Shown here: positions 28,138-38,586 of the stretch, piece after piece
How the letters are laid out: every line of letters starts with the position of its first letter
Numbering within the stretch: the stretch's first letter is position 1
Source: Dehalococcoidia bacterium
GTDB taxonomy: Bacteria > Chloroflexota > Dehalococcoidia > Lucifugimonadales > CAUZEB01
Direction: 5' to 3'
Length of the DNA: 50,673 nucleotides
NCBI GenBank assembly: GCA_963578655.1
Contig: CAUZEB010000001.1
Span: 1-50,673 of the forward strand
Program-made: the position numbers and the translations under genes
Notes under the pieces: model-generated
Database searches by the model: none
Told to the model about the DNA's origin: nothing
What the model saw: the letters and a program-made list of their open reading frames with translations, nothing else

Positions 28138-29190
28138 GTGAAAACTAAAGCGGCAATACATAAAACATTTGGTCAACCACTTATCATAGACGAAGTAGAA
28201 GTCCCGGATCCCCGACCTGGTCAGGTTGTTGTCAAATTAATTTCGACAGGAGTCTGTCATTCACAGCTCCATCAGATAAAAGACCCTACCCTGCCACGGC
28301 CAGCTATTCTCGGCCACGAGGCCGCAGGGGTGGTTACTAAAGTGGGAAGAGATGTCAGAGATTTGACAGAAGGAGATCATGCTATAGTTACATGGATTCC
28401 CAAAACACCGGTTATCGGGAGAAGGCCGTATATTAGGTCCGGCGTGACATATAAAAAGGAACTTATTTATGAAAATACAGTGTACGCTTGGGCCGAAGAC
28501 GTGCTCACAGAAGCTGAATTCGTGGTTCCTATATCTAAAGATGAACCTACTGATGTAGCATCAATCGTGGGATGTGCGGTACTTACTGGAGCGGGGGCGG
28601 TATTACATACAGCCAAAGTGAGAACCGGCGATTCAGTTGCCGTTTTCGGTGTAGGGGGTGTCGGTTTAAGTTCTATTGCAGCGGCATCAATCCTCGGTGC
28701 TTATCCAATAATAGCCGTTGATTTAAAGGACGAAAAACTTGAATTTGCAAGACAATTCGGTGCTACTCATTTCATCAACGCATCAAATATAGAGCCAATT
28801 CAAAAGATTGTCGAAATTACCGGAGGTGGAGCCGATTTTGCATTCGATACCATAGGCGTGAGGATAACTAATGAACAAATATTACCGTCAGTAAGAGCTG
28901 GCGGGCCTGGTGCCGATAATATAGGAGGCACTGCTGTACTTGTTGGAGTACCAGGTAGTGAGATGACGATCGACCCGGGTCTTTTCATGAAAGGACAAAG
29001 AAGGTATGTTGGAAGTGCCGGCGCGACGTATCCTGTTAGAGATTTTGAGATATTTCTCAGATGGCACAGAGACGGAAAATTCCCTTTGGATAAACTAGTA
29101 ACTAAGAGGTATAGTTTGGAAGATATTAACGAGGCGTGTGAAGATTTAGAAAACGGCCGAATACTGGGTCGAGCTATTATCGAAATTTGA
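28138..29190 (+). CDS. Zinc-dependent alcohol dehydrogenase family protein
   Basis: 'GVCHSQLH', 'GHEAAGVV', the Rossmann motif 'VAVFGVGGVGLS'. GTG start preceded by AAGGAGAG. Confidence 0.85.
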   Translation: MKTKAAIHKTFGQPLIIDEVEVPDPRPGQVVVKLISTGVCHSQLHQIKDPTLPRPAILGHEAAGVVTKVGRDVRDLTEGDHAIVTWIPKTPVIGRRPYIRSGVTYKKELIYENTVYAWAEDVLTEAEFVVPISKDEPTDVASIVGCAVLTGAGAVLHTAKVRTGDSVAVFGVGGVGLSSIAAASILGAYPIIAVDLKDEKLEFARQFGATHFINASNIEPIQKIVEITGGGADFAFDTIGVRITNEQILPSVRAGGPGADNIGGTAVLVGVPGSEMTIDPGLFMKGQRRYVGSAGATYPVRDFEIFLRWHRDGKFPLDKLVTKRYSLEDINEACEDLENGRILGRAIIEI

Positions 29191-29233
29191 TCCTTTTCCT
29201 GTAAACCCTTAAAAAGGCATGAAATATTTAAGG

Positions 29234-29986
29234 TCAAGCGTTGATTAAGCTGGCTAGATATCCCGCTCCGAATCCATTATCTATATTAACTACGCCTATA
29301 CCGCTTGCGCAGCTGTTCAGCATTGCTAAAAGGGCGGCAAGTCCCTCAAAATTAGACCCATAACCGATACTCGTAGGAACAGCTATTACAGGTACATTCA
29401 CAAGGCCACCAATGACAGAGGGAAGGGCGCCTTCCATACCGGCAACCACAATTATGACATTGGCATTCAGTAATATCGTTAAATTATCTAACAAGCGGTG
29501 AATTCCAGCTACGCCAACATCAAATAAGCGGTCAACCTTACAATCCATGAGTTCAGCTGTTGTTATTGCCTCGTAGGCAACTGGCAAGTCTGCGGTGCCA
29601 GCGCATACAACAAGCAACCCTGGTTTGAGTGGTTTGGTCTCGCGTCTGTCTACCACAATGGCTTTGGATTGTTCTTCATAGATTGCGTCTGGAACTTTTT
29701 CTTTAACGGCGTCAAAAACCGCGTGACTGGCTCTAGTCACAAGTAGGCGTTCTGAGTGGCTTAGCACCACTTCAGCTATAGAAGATATTTGCTGAGGAGT
29801 TTTGCCTTGTCCAAAAATAACTTCGGGAAAGCCCGTACGGATTGACCGATGATGATCCACTTTGGCAAAACCCAAATCTTGGTAGGGTAGCTTTTTAAGA
29901 TGCGACAAAACTTGATCTAAAGTTAAGTCATCGTCTCGATATTTAGTTAAAATGTTGCGCAAGCGAGTCTCGTCTATAGCGGACAC
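29234..29986 (-). CDS. larB: Nickel-pincer cofactor biosynthesis protein LarB (AIR-carboxylase-like)
   Basis: 'DHHRSIRTGFPEVIFGQGKT', 'VVCAGTADLPVA', 'VVAGMEGALPSVIGGL', 'VIAVPTSIGYG'. Confidence 0.8.
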   Translation of the reverse strand: MSAIDETRLRNILTKYRDDDLTLDQVLSHLKKLPYQDLGFAKVDHHRSIRTGFPEVIFGQGKTPQQISSIAEVVLSHSERLLVTRASHAVFDAVKEKVPDAIYEEQSKAIVVDRRETKPLKPGLLVVCAGTADLPVAYEAITTAELMDCKVDRLFDVGVAGIHRLLDNLTILLNANVIIVVAGMEGALPSVIGGLVNVPVIAVPTSIGYGSNFEGLAALLAMLNSCASGIGVVNIDNGFGAGYLASLINA

Positions 29987-30090
29987 TCCTAGTGAAATAA
30001 ATTTCTTGAGGGCCGTACAACCTAGATTATCCTATTGCCCATAATATGGAGTTAACAAGAAACCTCTCCATAATAGTCCATAATTCAATT

Positions 30091-33084
30091 CTAAACTCTA
30101 ATGTTGGCCTTTTTACGAGATAAATGCTTCTTAAGGTAGTGACCCGTCGAGGATCGTTCATTTCGTGTTAATTCCTCTGGTGTGCCCTCAGCAATAATAT
30201 GACCGCCGTCATCCCCTGCTCCCGGTCCAAGATCTATTATCCAGTCAGCATTCTTTATCAGATCTAAGTGGTGCTCAATTAAAATGACAGTGTTGCCAGC
30301 ATCGACCAATCGCTGCAGGACTCTTATTAAATGAGAGCAGTCTTCAAAAGAGAGGCCTGTAGTAGGTTCGTCCAATATGTAAAGAGTGTTACCTGTGGCT
30401 CGCTTTGAAAGTTCGGTCGATAGTTTCACTCGTTGCGCCTCCCCTCCACTAAGTTGCGTGGCTGGTTGGCCTAGCCTTATGTAACCGAGACCAACGTCGG
30501 ACATAGTCTGTAGTTTTCTCTGTATTTTAGGAATGTTTGAAAAGTGTTCTAAAGCTTCAGTGACTGTCATGCTTAGGACTTCGGAGATATTTTTCCCTTT
30601 ATAGAAGATCTCCAGCGCTTCACGGTTGTATCTTTTACCCTTACACATTTCACAAGGTACCGTAACATCAGGAAGAAACTGCATCTCAATATTTATGTGT
30701 CCATCACCGGAACAAGCCTCACATCTTCCTCCTTTAACGTTGAAGGAAAATCTTCCTGGCTTGTAGCCACGAACTCTGGCATCTGGAATCGTGGCAAAAA
30801 GTTCTCGTATTGGGGTGAAGGTTCCTGTATAAGTGGCCGGATTACTACGTGGAGTACGGCCAATGGGCGATTGATCAATATTCACTACCTTATCTATATT
30901 CTTCATGCCTTCTATGGTATCGAATTCACCTGCACGGTCCCTAGACTTGTATAATTCTTGGGATAGTTTCTTATAGAGAATTTCGTTTATCAGAGTGCTT
31001 TTTCCTGATCCAGATACGCCGGTAACACATACTAAAACACCCATAGGGAAGATCACATCTAAGTCCTTGAGGTTGTTTTCCCTGGCCCCTGTGATTCTTA
31101 TATTTTTACTTGTCTTAGTTCGGCGAGAGTCAGGAACAGGTATTTGTTTTATACGCCCTAAATACTGACCGGTGATTGAATCGGGATTCTTAATAATTTC
31201 TTCGAGCGTACCGCTAGCCACTATATGGCCACCGTGTTCACCTGCACCGGGACCGAGGTCTATGATATGATCGGATTCTCTTATAATGGCCTCGTCATGT
31301 TCCACGATTAAGACTGTATTCCCCAGATCTCTCAGACGCTTAAGAGTGCCTATAAGCCGATGATCATCGGCTGGGTGCAAGCCTATAGAAGGTTCGTCGC
31401 ATACGTAAAGAACACCGATAAGCCCCGATCCTATCTGTGTTGCCAACCTAATTCGCTGGGCTTCACCTCCGCTTAATGTGGCCGCTCTGCGGGATAATGT
31501 AATGTAGTGTAAACCAATGTTGAAAAGAAAACGGAGCCTGGATTCTATCTCTTTGAGTATTTGTGATGCTATCATCTTCTCTCTAGATGTCAGATCCTCA
31601 CTGTGTTCCGTAGACACACTATAGTTTTCTAAAGTGGTTGTATTTATCGGTATTTGGTGGGAATCGACCCCATTTTGTGACGCAATAGTAGTTCTGTCTG
31701 TCTCGGCAGTATTGGAATTATCCAAAGATGTTCCACTAATTTTTTCTATCCATTCGAGCGCTTCTCCTACTGATTTATCGGTTACGTCCATTATATTTAA
31801 ATCAGCGACAGTGACAGCCAGGGCTTCCGGAGACAGGCGGCGTCCTGAACAAGTCTGACAGGGGCTTTCAGCCATGTAGCGCGAAATATCAGATCTAACA
31901 TGGTCAGATTCTGTCTCTAGATAACGACGGGAAAGATTGTTGATTACTCCCTCAAAAGTGGTGTCCCATTCGTACAGTCGTCCCTTACGGGTCCGGTGCT
32001 TAATGTTTATTAACTTACCTTTGCTACCATAAAGAATGATGTTCTTGTACTTCTTAGGTAGTTTATGAAATGGAATTTCAGTAGAGAAATTGTATGTTTT
32101 GGATAGGGCATTTAGCATGCTTGAAAACCATGGGTTTGCGGAACCAGCACGTTGCCAGGGCTGTATGGCTCCCTTTTCAAGGCTTAGGCTTTTATTTGGA
32201 ACAACCAGATCTGGATCAACTTCCAATTTGTATCCCAAGCCGGCACATTGTGAACAGGCACCGTGTGGGTTATTAAAGCTAAAGGTACGAGGTTCTAGCT
32301 CGCCTAAGCTTATGTTGCATTTAACACAAGCGAAATTCTCTGACATGATTAGCTCTTTTTCGTCTACGATATCCAATAAAATCACGCCATTCGCCATTTT
32401 CAGGGCCGTTTCCACTGAGTCGACGACACGGCTTGGCTCAGCACTATCTCCTATGACGAGACGATCGACTACGATTTCTATTGTGTGCCATTTCTGCTTA
32501 TCTAGATTAAAATCTTCACTTAAATCGTGAATGGTCCCGTTAATTCGAACTCGAACGAACCCAGCTTTGCGGGCCTCTTCGAAAACCTCCTTGTGTTCCC
32601 CTTTGCGTCTTCTTACCATAGGGGACATGATTTGTATACGAGATCTTTTCGGAAGGGACAAAATTACATCAACAATTTGTTGTGGTGTTTGCCTTTGAAC
32701 CGGTTGATTACAGCTGTAGCAGTGAGGCCTACCTGCTCTAGAAAATAACAGCCGTAAATAATCGTATATTTCTGTAACCGTACCGACTGTTGAACGAGGA
32801 TTGTGAGAAACTCCTTTTTGGTCTATCGAAATTGCTGGTGACAATCCCTCTATGTAGTCTACGTCTGGTTTGTCCATGCGCCCGAGAAATTGCCTGGCAT
32901 ATGCCGAAAGCGACTCGACGTATCGGCGTTGGCCTTCTGCATATATCGTATCAAAAGCTAGGGAACTTTTACCTGATCCAGATACACCTGTCATAACCAC
33001 TAATTTATTTCGAGGAATGGTAACATCCACATTTTTAAGGTTGTGTTCTCTGGCACCTTTGACAACAATATTTTCCAATGGCAT
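30091..33084 (-). CDS. uvrA: Excinuclease ABC subunit UvrA
   Basis: Two ABC modules ('GVSGSGKSS' twice, '[12 protein letters not shown]', '[11 protein letters not shown]') and zinc modules ('CVKCN...CSQCAG', 'CEACSGDG...CEMCKG'). 997 aa, including a low-complexity insert of about 50 aa. Confidence 0.97.
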   Translation of the reverse strand: MPLENIVVKGAREHNLKNVDVTIPRNKLVVMTGVSGSGKSSLAFDTIYAEGQRRYVESLSAYARQFLGRMDKPDVDYIEGLSPAISIDQKGVSHNPRSTVGTVTEIYDYLRLLFSRAGRPHCYSCNQPVQRQTPQQIVDVILSLPKRSRIQIMSPMVRRRKGEHKEVFEEARKAGFVRVRINGTIHDLSEDFNLDKQKWHTIEIVVDRLVIGDSAEPSRVVDSVETALKMANGVILLDIVDEKELIMSENFACVKCNISLGELEPRTFSFNNPHGACSQCAGLGYKLEVDPDLVVPNKSLSLEKGAIQPWQRAGSANPWFSSMLNALSKTYNFSTEIPFHKLPKKYKNIILYGSKGKLINIKHRTRKGRLYEWDTTFEGVINNLSRRYLETESDHVRSDISRYMAESPCQTCSGRRLSPEALAVTVADLNIMDVTDKSVGEALEWIEKISGTSLDNSNTAETDRTTIASQNGVDSHQIPINTTTLENYSVSTEHSEDLTSREKMIASQILKEIESRLRFLFNIGLHYITLSRRAATLSGGEAQRIRLATQIGSGLIGVLYVCDEPSIGLHPADDHRLIGTLKRLRDLGNTVLIVEHDEAIIRESDHIIDLGPGAGEHGGHIVASGTLEEIIKNPDSITGQYLGRIKQIPVPDSRRTKTSKNIRITGARENNLKDLDVIFPMGVLVCVTGVSGSGKSTLINEILYKKLSQELYKSRDRAGEFDTIEGMKNIDKVVNIDQSPIGRTPRSNPATYTGTFTPIRELFATIPDARVRGYKPGRFSFNVKGGRCEACSGDGHINIEMQFLPDVTVPCEMCKGKRYNREALEIFYKGKNISEVLSMTVTEALEHFSNIPKIQRKLQTMSDVGLGYIRLGQPATQLSGGEAQRVKLSTELSKRATGNTLYILDEPTTGLSFEDCSHLIRVLQRLVDAGNTVILIEHHLDLIKNADWIIDLGPGAGDDGGHIIAEGTPEELTRNERSSTGHYLKKHLSRKKANIRV

Positions 33085-33284
33085 ATTAGGTCCTCTGTCT
33101 CTTACTGGATAGCAGGCATTTACTTAGTTGTTTAAATTTATTATTTACTTAAATATACAGAGTAAGTCTAAGAAGGGTGATATATCGGTTATTCTAGCAT
33201 TGCGTTACCATTCATTGCACGGGAAATCCCGGATCACGGTTTAATAAAACGATGACCATAAAAAGAGGCTCTACAAGCAATCCC

Positions 33285-34235
33285 CTATTTCCCCAAAAAA
33301 TGCAAAAGGAATCGCCCTTTTCTTTGATTGATTCCAACATTGCATATTATATGAGTTACTGAAGATTCATGGCCTGATATAAGAGTTTCACCCCATGCAC
33401 GCAGGTCGCCCATTGTGGTCTCTCCTTGGTCCCAATCCGGTACGAGAGATTCCAAGGTTTCCCAACGAGGTCTTCTAAAAAACATGTGCATACGGTTATC
33501 AGTTCTCCCCTTCATGACAATGCCGCCAGCTTCTGTTACCAGTATTATTCCAGCTGCTACATCCCAGATCTTAGGACCTGTTGTTATTGCATACTGAGTT
33601 ACACCCTTAGCAACCAGAGCTAGCTCGTAGGCTATACTACCAGTAACACGGACATCACCTAGTGGCTGATTTTCATGCGAGTCGTATGACTTAAGCAAGC
33701 TTCTTAAAGATCCGGGTAAAGTTGCGAGAGACGCTTCATCTACTTTACTCGCTTTTAACTTCGGTAAAACTACACCGTCTATAAATGCTCCGTTATTTTT
33801 GCGAGCATGAATAATGATCCCTGATTCTTTTTCAGGCCAGGGTAGGGAAATGGCTCCGACTATTGGAGTCCCCCGATATAGTACGCCTACTGAACACGCG
33901 AATATAGGTAGCCCAGCAACGAAGTTTTTGGTTCCATCAAGAGGGTCGATGATCCAAACATAATCTGGGGCGAGACAGGGTTCCAGATTTATATCTTCAT
34001 CCTCCTCACCTAGGATCCCATGGGCAGGGAAAATCGTTGTTATATTTTCCTTTAAATAATCTTGGGCTTCTCTATCTGCGATTGAAACGGGATCGTTTTT
34101 CCCCGAACCCTTGTAATCAACTGTTTGTATCTCCCCGAAGTGCTTGCTGAGAATCCGGCCCGCTCCAATCGATATCTTAATAGCCGTTTTCTCAATATCT
34201 AAATATAGGGAATCTTCCGTGGACTTTACAGTCAT
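33285..34235 (-). CDS. Inositol monophosphatase family protein (second paralog)
   Basis: 'LGEE', 'WIIDPLDGTKNF', 'WDVAAGIILVTEAGG'. The ORF track starts at 34280. The ATG at 34235 ('MTVKST...') is preceded by GGAGAA plus 5 nt. Confidence 0.8.
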   Translation of the reverse strand: MTVKSTEDSLYLDIEKTAIKISIGAGRILSKHFGEIQTVDYKGSGKNDPVSIADREAQDYLKENITTIFPAHGILGEEDEDINLEPCLAPDYVWIIDPLDGTKNFVAGLPIFACSVGVLYRGTPIVGAISLPWPEKESGIIIHARKNNGAFIDGVVLPKLKASKVDEASLATLPGSLRSLLKSYDSHENQPLGDVRVTGSIAYELALVAKGVTQYAITTGPKIWDVAAGIILVTEAGGIVMKGRTDNRMHMFFRRPRWETLESLVPDWDQGETTMGDLRAWGETLISGHESSVTHIICNVGINQRKGRFLLHFLGK

Positions 34236-34385
34236 CAAGGTTCTCCATTGAAGAGTCATTAGCCAGTGTAAGGCTCGCATTCCGACGCGTCAACGGTATA
34301 CAATGGAGTTTCCATGCTGTCCTAAGACATTCTGTTATAGACAATGGGGGAATACCGAGTACTTTTCTGTACTGTCCCCACTTTA

Positions 34386-35180
34386 TTAGCCCACTTTATC
34401 TTTCGCTTCTTGCCAGAGAGCGTCCTTCTCCTCCATGTTGAGTTGCTTTAAATCAAGACGGGTTTCCTTCAAGATTTTCTCAACAAAAGTGAATCTTCTA
34501 TAAAATCGAGCATTGGCTTTCCTCAATATAGACTCGGCATCTATATTCATCCACCTTGAAAAATTTACTAGTGAAAATAAGACGTCTCCCAGTTCGTGTT
34601 CTTTACCTATAACCGATTCCGATAGCTTAAATTCTCTAATTTCCTCTATAATATTTTCGAACACTGCCTCGATGTTATTCCAATCAAATCCAAGACGGGA
34701 GGCTCGCTCTTGAACTACTTGGGCATACGCCAGTGCGGGCATAGACACAGGCAATCCATCGAGTATCGACGATTCTGAGTTTTTGTCGTTGACTTGTTCA
34801 CTTCTCTTGATGTCATCCCATTGACTTTCGACCTCGCTTGAGGTCAGGGATTCGGGTTTATCGAAAATGTGGGGATGGCGTCTGAGGAGTTTGTCAATAA
34901 GTTCTTTAAAAACTTTCTTCCTCGTAAATTCGCCCCGTTCTTCCCCTATATGAATTTGAAGACCGATATGCAACAAGAGATCCCCTAGTTCTTCTACAAT
35001 ACCTTGCGTATGGTCGTCTTCGATCGCTTCAATAAGTTCGTAGCATTCTTCCAACAAATCGATTTTTAGGGAGTTGCGTGTCTGTTCCTTGTCCCACGTA
35101 CAACCACATGGGCCTCTTAAAATGGAAAGGATAGCATATAGCCCGTCAAAATTCTTTGGATGTCTATCGTTAATAAGCAT
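34386..35180 (-). CDS. mazG: Nucleoside triphosphate pyrophosphohydrolase MazG
   Basis: Two MazG repeats: 'EECYELIEAIE...EELGDLLLHI' and 'EEIREF...HELGDVLFSLVN'. Also 'RRHPHIF'. Confidence 0.85.
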   Translation of the reverse strand: MLINDRHPKNFDGLYAILSILRGPCGCTWDKEQTRNSLKIDLLEECYELIEAIEDDHTQGIVEELGDLLLHIGLQIHIGEERGEFTRKKVFKELIDKLLRRHPHIFDKPESLTSSEVESQWDDIKRSEQVNDKNSESSILDGLPVSMPALAYAQVVQERASRLGFDWNNIEAVFENIIEEIREFKLSESVIGKEHELGDVLFSLVNFSRWMNIDAESILRKANARFYRRFTFVEKILKETRLDLKQLNMEEKDALWQEAKDKVG

Positions 35181-35294
35181 TTGATTATTTGAAAGTGATT
35201 ATATGCGTACATTTATGCAATTGACAAGATGAATTGTATCCGCCTATTATTTTGTGAGTTCTTTTCATTTTTTCATCACAGCTATGAAAGCTAG

Positions 35295-36041
35295 GTGCTT
35301 ATGCCGATACGCGCGCTTTCTGTAAGATTTAAACCACAACAACTTATCAGGATGAACTTGGTGGTTCTCTTCGTGGTAGCTATTCCTGTCTTCCTTATCG
35401 CTACAAATATAAGATGGATTATTAATTCACCTGTTATATATGAACTTGGCTTCGATCGCTATGATATTTCGCTCTATACTGGAATTGAGGTTAATGAACT
35501 AATATCGGCTGGACGCCAGATCAGGGATTACTTTAATAATGATGAAAAGCTTATTCAGGTGCAAATAGAAGTAAAGGGTATTAAAGTTAACAACCTCTTT
35601 AACGAACGAGAAATCCTACACATGAAAGATGTTAAGAATCTAATTAAAGGGGTTTACAAGCTACAAGAGATAATGGGAATATTTTTGATATTTTCTGTGT
35701 CTTTTTGTATCTTCTTAAACGGCTCGACAACCACATCAGATGTGTCAAGATATCTTGGGCTGGGAGGCTGGTTTACCCTCTTCTTGATAGCGATATCGGC
35801 AACAGCCTTGGTTGTTGGTTTTGATAGATTGTTCATCATTTTCCACCTAATTAGCTTCAATAATGATTTATGGATTCTAGATCCCCAAAAAGACTATTTA
35901 ATCGCCATGTTTCCTCAAGGCTTCTTCTATGAAACGACTATGTTGATTGCGGGATTCACTGTCATTGAAGCTTTGCTGTTGATTTTGTTACATATGCTAA
36001 CCATGCCTTGGGCCAGACTCAGAAGAGTTACAAACAACTAG
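35295..36041 (+). CDS. Integral membrane protein, probably TIGR01906/DUF1461 family
   Basis: N-terminal TM, a soluble segment, then 3-4 TMs with 'FDRLFIIFHLISFNNDLWILDPQKDYLIAMFPQGFF', which matches my recollection of the DUF1461 signature. GTG start. Confidence 0.45.
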   Translation: MLMPIRALSVRFKPQQLIRMNLVVLFVVAIPVFLIATNIRWIINSPVIYELGFDRYDISLYTGIEVNELISAGRQIRDYFNNDEKLIQVQIEVKGIKVNNLFNEREILHMKDVKNLIKGVYKLQEIMGIFLIFSVSFCIFLNGSTTTSDVSRYLGLGGWFTLFLIAISATALVVGFDRLFIIFHLISFNNDLWILDPQKDYLIAMFPQGFFYETTMLIAGFTVIEALLLILLHMLTMPWARLRRVTNN

Positions 36042-36125
36042 TTTAATTATTCGTGCACTAAACTAATTGCCAAGCTTCAACATTTGATTAAGAACGGAAT
36101 TTATTACAGGCAGCTCGGAGGATTT

Positions 36126-37283
36126 ATGCTGGATTACTATCGGGTTTTACAAAATTTACCTTCGCAGGATCGGATGATTCAAAATATGGCTCGAGATTTC
36201 CTTTCCACTGAAGTAGCTCCCAGAATGAACGATTACTGGGAGGAGGGCATATTTCCTACTCATCTCGTTAAAAGAATTGGAGAATTAGGATTTTTGGGTC
36301 CAAACTTATCAAAAGAATACGGATCAAGTGGCATAAGTAGTATAGCGCATGGTTTGATTATGTACGAATTAGAACGGATAGACTCCGGTTTAAGGAGCTT
36401 TGCTAGTGTGCAGGGATCCCTCGTAATGTATCCTATACATAGATATGGATCAGATGATCAAAAGAGAGAGTATTTACCGAAGTTGGCCTCTGGGGAAATT
36501 ATAGGATGCTTCGGTCTTACTGAAAATGACGGTGGTTCCGATCCCGCAGGTATGAAAACTAGTGTCAGGCGTGATGGCGATACATATATTCTTAATGGAA
36601 CAAAAATGTGGATAACGAACGGATCCATAGCGGATATAGCAATTATTTGGGCAAAGGACGAGCAAGCCGGAGTTTGTGGATTCGTTATTCCAACCAATGT
36701 TCGAGGATTCCAAGCAAATAGAATTAAACATAAAATGAGTATGCGAGCTTCAGTGACTAGTGAAATAGTGATGGATAATGTTCGTGTTCCAACATCAACT
36801 ATTTTACCTGAGTCCAAAGGCATGAAGGCTCCTCTATCTTGCCTAACAGAGGCGAGATATGGCATAGCTTGGGGGGCTCTGGGAGCCTTGGAAGCAGTTT
36901 ACGATGTGGCTCTAAACTTCTCCAAAAGAAGGAGCACCTTTGGAAAACCTATTGCTTCTCGTCAGATGGTCCAGCAGAAACTCGTAGATATGGTCTCAGA
37001 CCATACCAAAGGTCTCTTAATGGCCTGGCGACTAGGAACCCTAAAAGACCAAGGTATGATGGATTATCTACAGGTCTCTATGGCAAAACGAGATAATGTT
37101 CGTGCTGCATTGACGGCGAGTAGGGAGGCAAGAGGTATTCTGGGGGCAAGTGGCATAACACTCGATCATGATGTAATAAGGCATATGCTAAATCTCGAGA
37201 CTCTTGATACCTATGAGGGGACTTACGATATACATACACTAGTACTAGGACGCGACCTTACCGGACTTAATGCCTTGGCTTAG
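36126..37283 (+). CDS. Acyl-CoA dehydrogenase, glutaryl-CoA-dehydrogenase-like
   Basis: 'IGCFGLTENDGGSDPAGMKT', 'LNGTKMWITNG', 'YEGTYDIHTLVLGR'. The ATG at 36126 ('MLDYYRV') is preceded by GGAGGA. The ORF-track TTG at 36084 is less likely. Confidence 0.85.
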   Translation: MLDYYRVLQNLPSQDRMIQNMARDFLSTEVAPRMNDYWEEGIFPTHLVKRIGELGFLGPNLSKEYGSSGISSIAHGLIMYELERIDSGLRSFASVQGSLVMYPIHRYGSDDQKREYLPKLASGEIIGCFGLTENDGGSDPAGMKTSVRRDGDTYILNGTKMWITNGSIADIAIIWAKDEQAGVCGFVIPTNVRGFQANRIKHKMSMRASVTSEIVMDNVRVPTSTILPESKGMKAPLSCLTEARYGIAWGALGALEAVYDVALNFSKRRSTFGKPIASRQMVQQKLVDMVSDHTKGLLMAWRLGTLKDQGMMDYLQVSMAKRDNVRAALTASREARGILGASGITLDHDVIRHMLNLETLDTYEGTYDIHTLVLGRDLTGLNALA

Positions 37284-37330
37284 TCAGTTAAATTAGGGAT
37301 TATTATTTTATTAAGGAGAGCTGTGGAGCG

Positions 37331-38545
37331 ATGTATAATGACGTTGCAACTAATGCGGTGATTATAAGTGCTAAAAGAACCCCAATTGGAAAATTTCAGG
37401 GTGCTTTGAGTAAATATAAAGCACATGAATTGGGAGGCATTGCTATAAGGTCTGCAGTACAAGCGGCCCGTCTATCGGATACCGATGACATAGACGAAGT
37501 TTTAATGGGTAATGTTGTATCGGCTGGTTTAGGACAAAATATAGCCAGGCAATGTGGCATATCAGCCGGTCTCCCCACTACAGTGGGAGCCAGCACTATA
37601 AATAAGGTATGTGGTGCAGGATTGAAAGCCGTAATTTTGGCTGCCCAAGCTATTAAGGCTAACGATGGGGATTTGTTTGTGGCCGGTGGTGTAGAAAATA
37701 TGAGTCAAGCGCCACATATTGTTAATGGACGACAGAATGAGTTAAAATTCGGCAATGTTGAAATGAAGGATTCTCTATATATAGATGGCTTACTTTGTCC
37801 CTTTGAAGGCTGGACAATGGGACAAGCAGCAGAATTCATAGCGGACGAATTTCAAGTTTCTAGAGAAGCAATGGACAGATATGCATTATCCAGTCATCAG
37901 AAGGCCATTGTGGCTATGGACACCGATAAATTTAAACAAGAAATCATTCCCATCAATGTTAAATCTAGGGATGGTCAGATAAGCCAAATTGGACAAGATG
38001 AATCTCCGAGACGCGATACAACTCTTAAATCTCTCAGTAAACTCAAACCGGTGTTTGCCACAGATGGAAAAGTAACCCCAGGGAATGCTCCTGGTTTGAA
38101 TGATGCTGCAGTAGCATTGGTGGTATCCAGTGAGGCAAGGGCTATAGAACTTGGCACTAAACCACTTGCCAAAATAGTTGGCTATGCGCAAAAGGCCGTC
38201 GATCCTAGGTATGTGTTTGATGCTCCAAGTAGGATTATCCCTCATTTGCTAGATAAGGTAGGATGGAGCCTGAGCGATGTAGACCTGATTGAATTGAACG
38301 AAGCTTTTGCAGCTCAGGTATTGGCTAATGGCTACTCAATGGCGGAAATGGGATGGGATTGGAATAAACTAAACGTTAATGGAGGAGCAATTGCTTTGGG
38401 TCACCCATTGGGAGCCACAGGGGCGCGATTGTTAACGACTTTGGTTTATGCACTTAAGGATCGAGGGCTTAGAAAGGGAATAGCCGTTCTGTGTTTGGGA
38501 GGTGGTGAGGCTGTTGCGATGTGTGTGGAAGCATACAAGGATTAA
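37331..38545 (+). CDS. Acetyl-CoA C-acetyltransferase (thiolase II)
   Basis: Active-site Cys 'INKVCGAGLKA', 'NEAFAAQ', 'NVNGGAIALGHPLGATGAR', 'LCLGGGEAVAM'. SD AAGGAGA upstream. Confidence 0.93.
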   Translation: MYNDVATNAVIISAKRTPIGKFQGALSKYKAHELGGIAIRSAVQAARLSDTDDIDEVLMGNVVSAGLGQNIARQCGISAGLPTTVGASTINKVCGAGLKAVILAAQAIKANDGDLFVAGGVENMSQAPHIVNGRQNELKFGNVEMKDSLYIDGLLCPFEGWTMGQAAEFIADEFQVSREAMDRYALSSHQKAIVAMDTDKFKQEIIPINVKSRDGQISQIGQDESPRRDTTLKSLSKLKPVFATDGKVTPGNAPGLNDAAVALVVSSEARAIELGTKPLAKIVGYAQKAVDPRYVFDAPSRIIPHLLDKVGWSLSDVDLIELNEAFAAQVLANGYSMAEMGWDWNKLNVNGGAIALGHPLGATGARLLTTLVYALKDRGLRKGIAVLCLGGGEAVAMCVEAYKD

Positions 38546-38586
38546 ATAACCATTGGATACCAATTAATATGTAGGAGGAATCGTTG

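Noticed and set aside
29192-29217. cctttt...aaaagg pairing between the convergent ADH and larB genes, considered as a bidirectional terminator.
   Set aside because: It has only 6 A/U-rich base pairs with a 14-nt loop, so it is not a credible intrinsic terminator.
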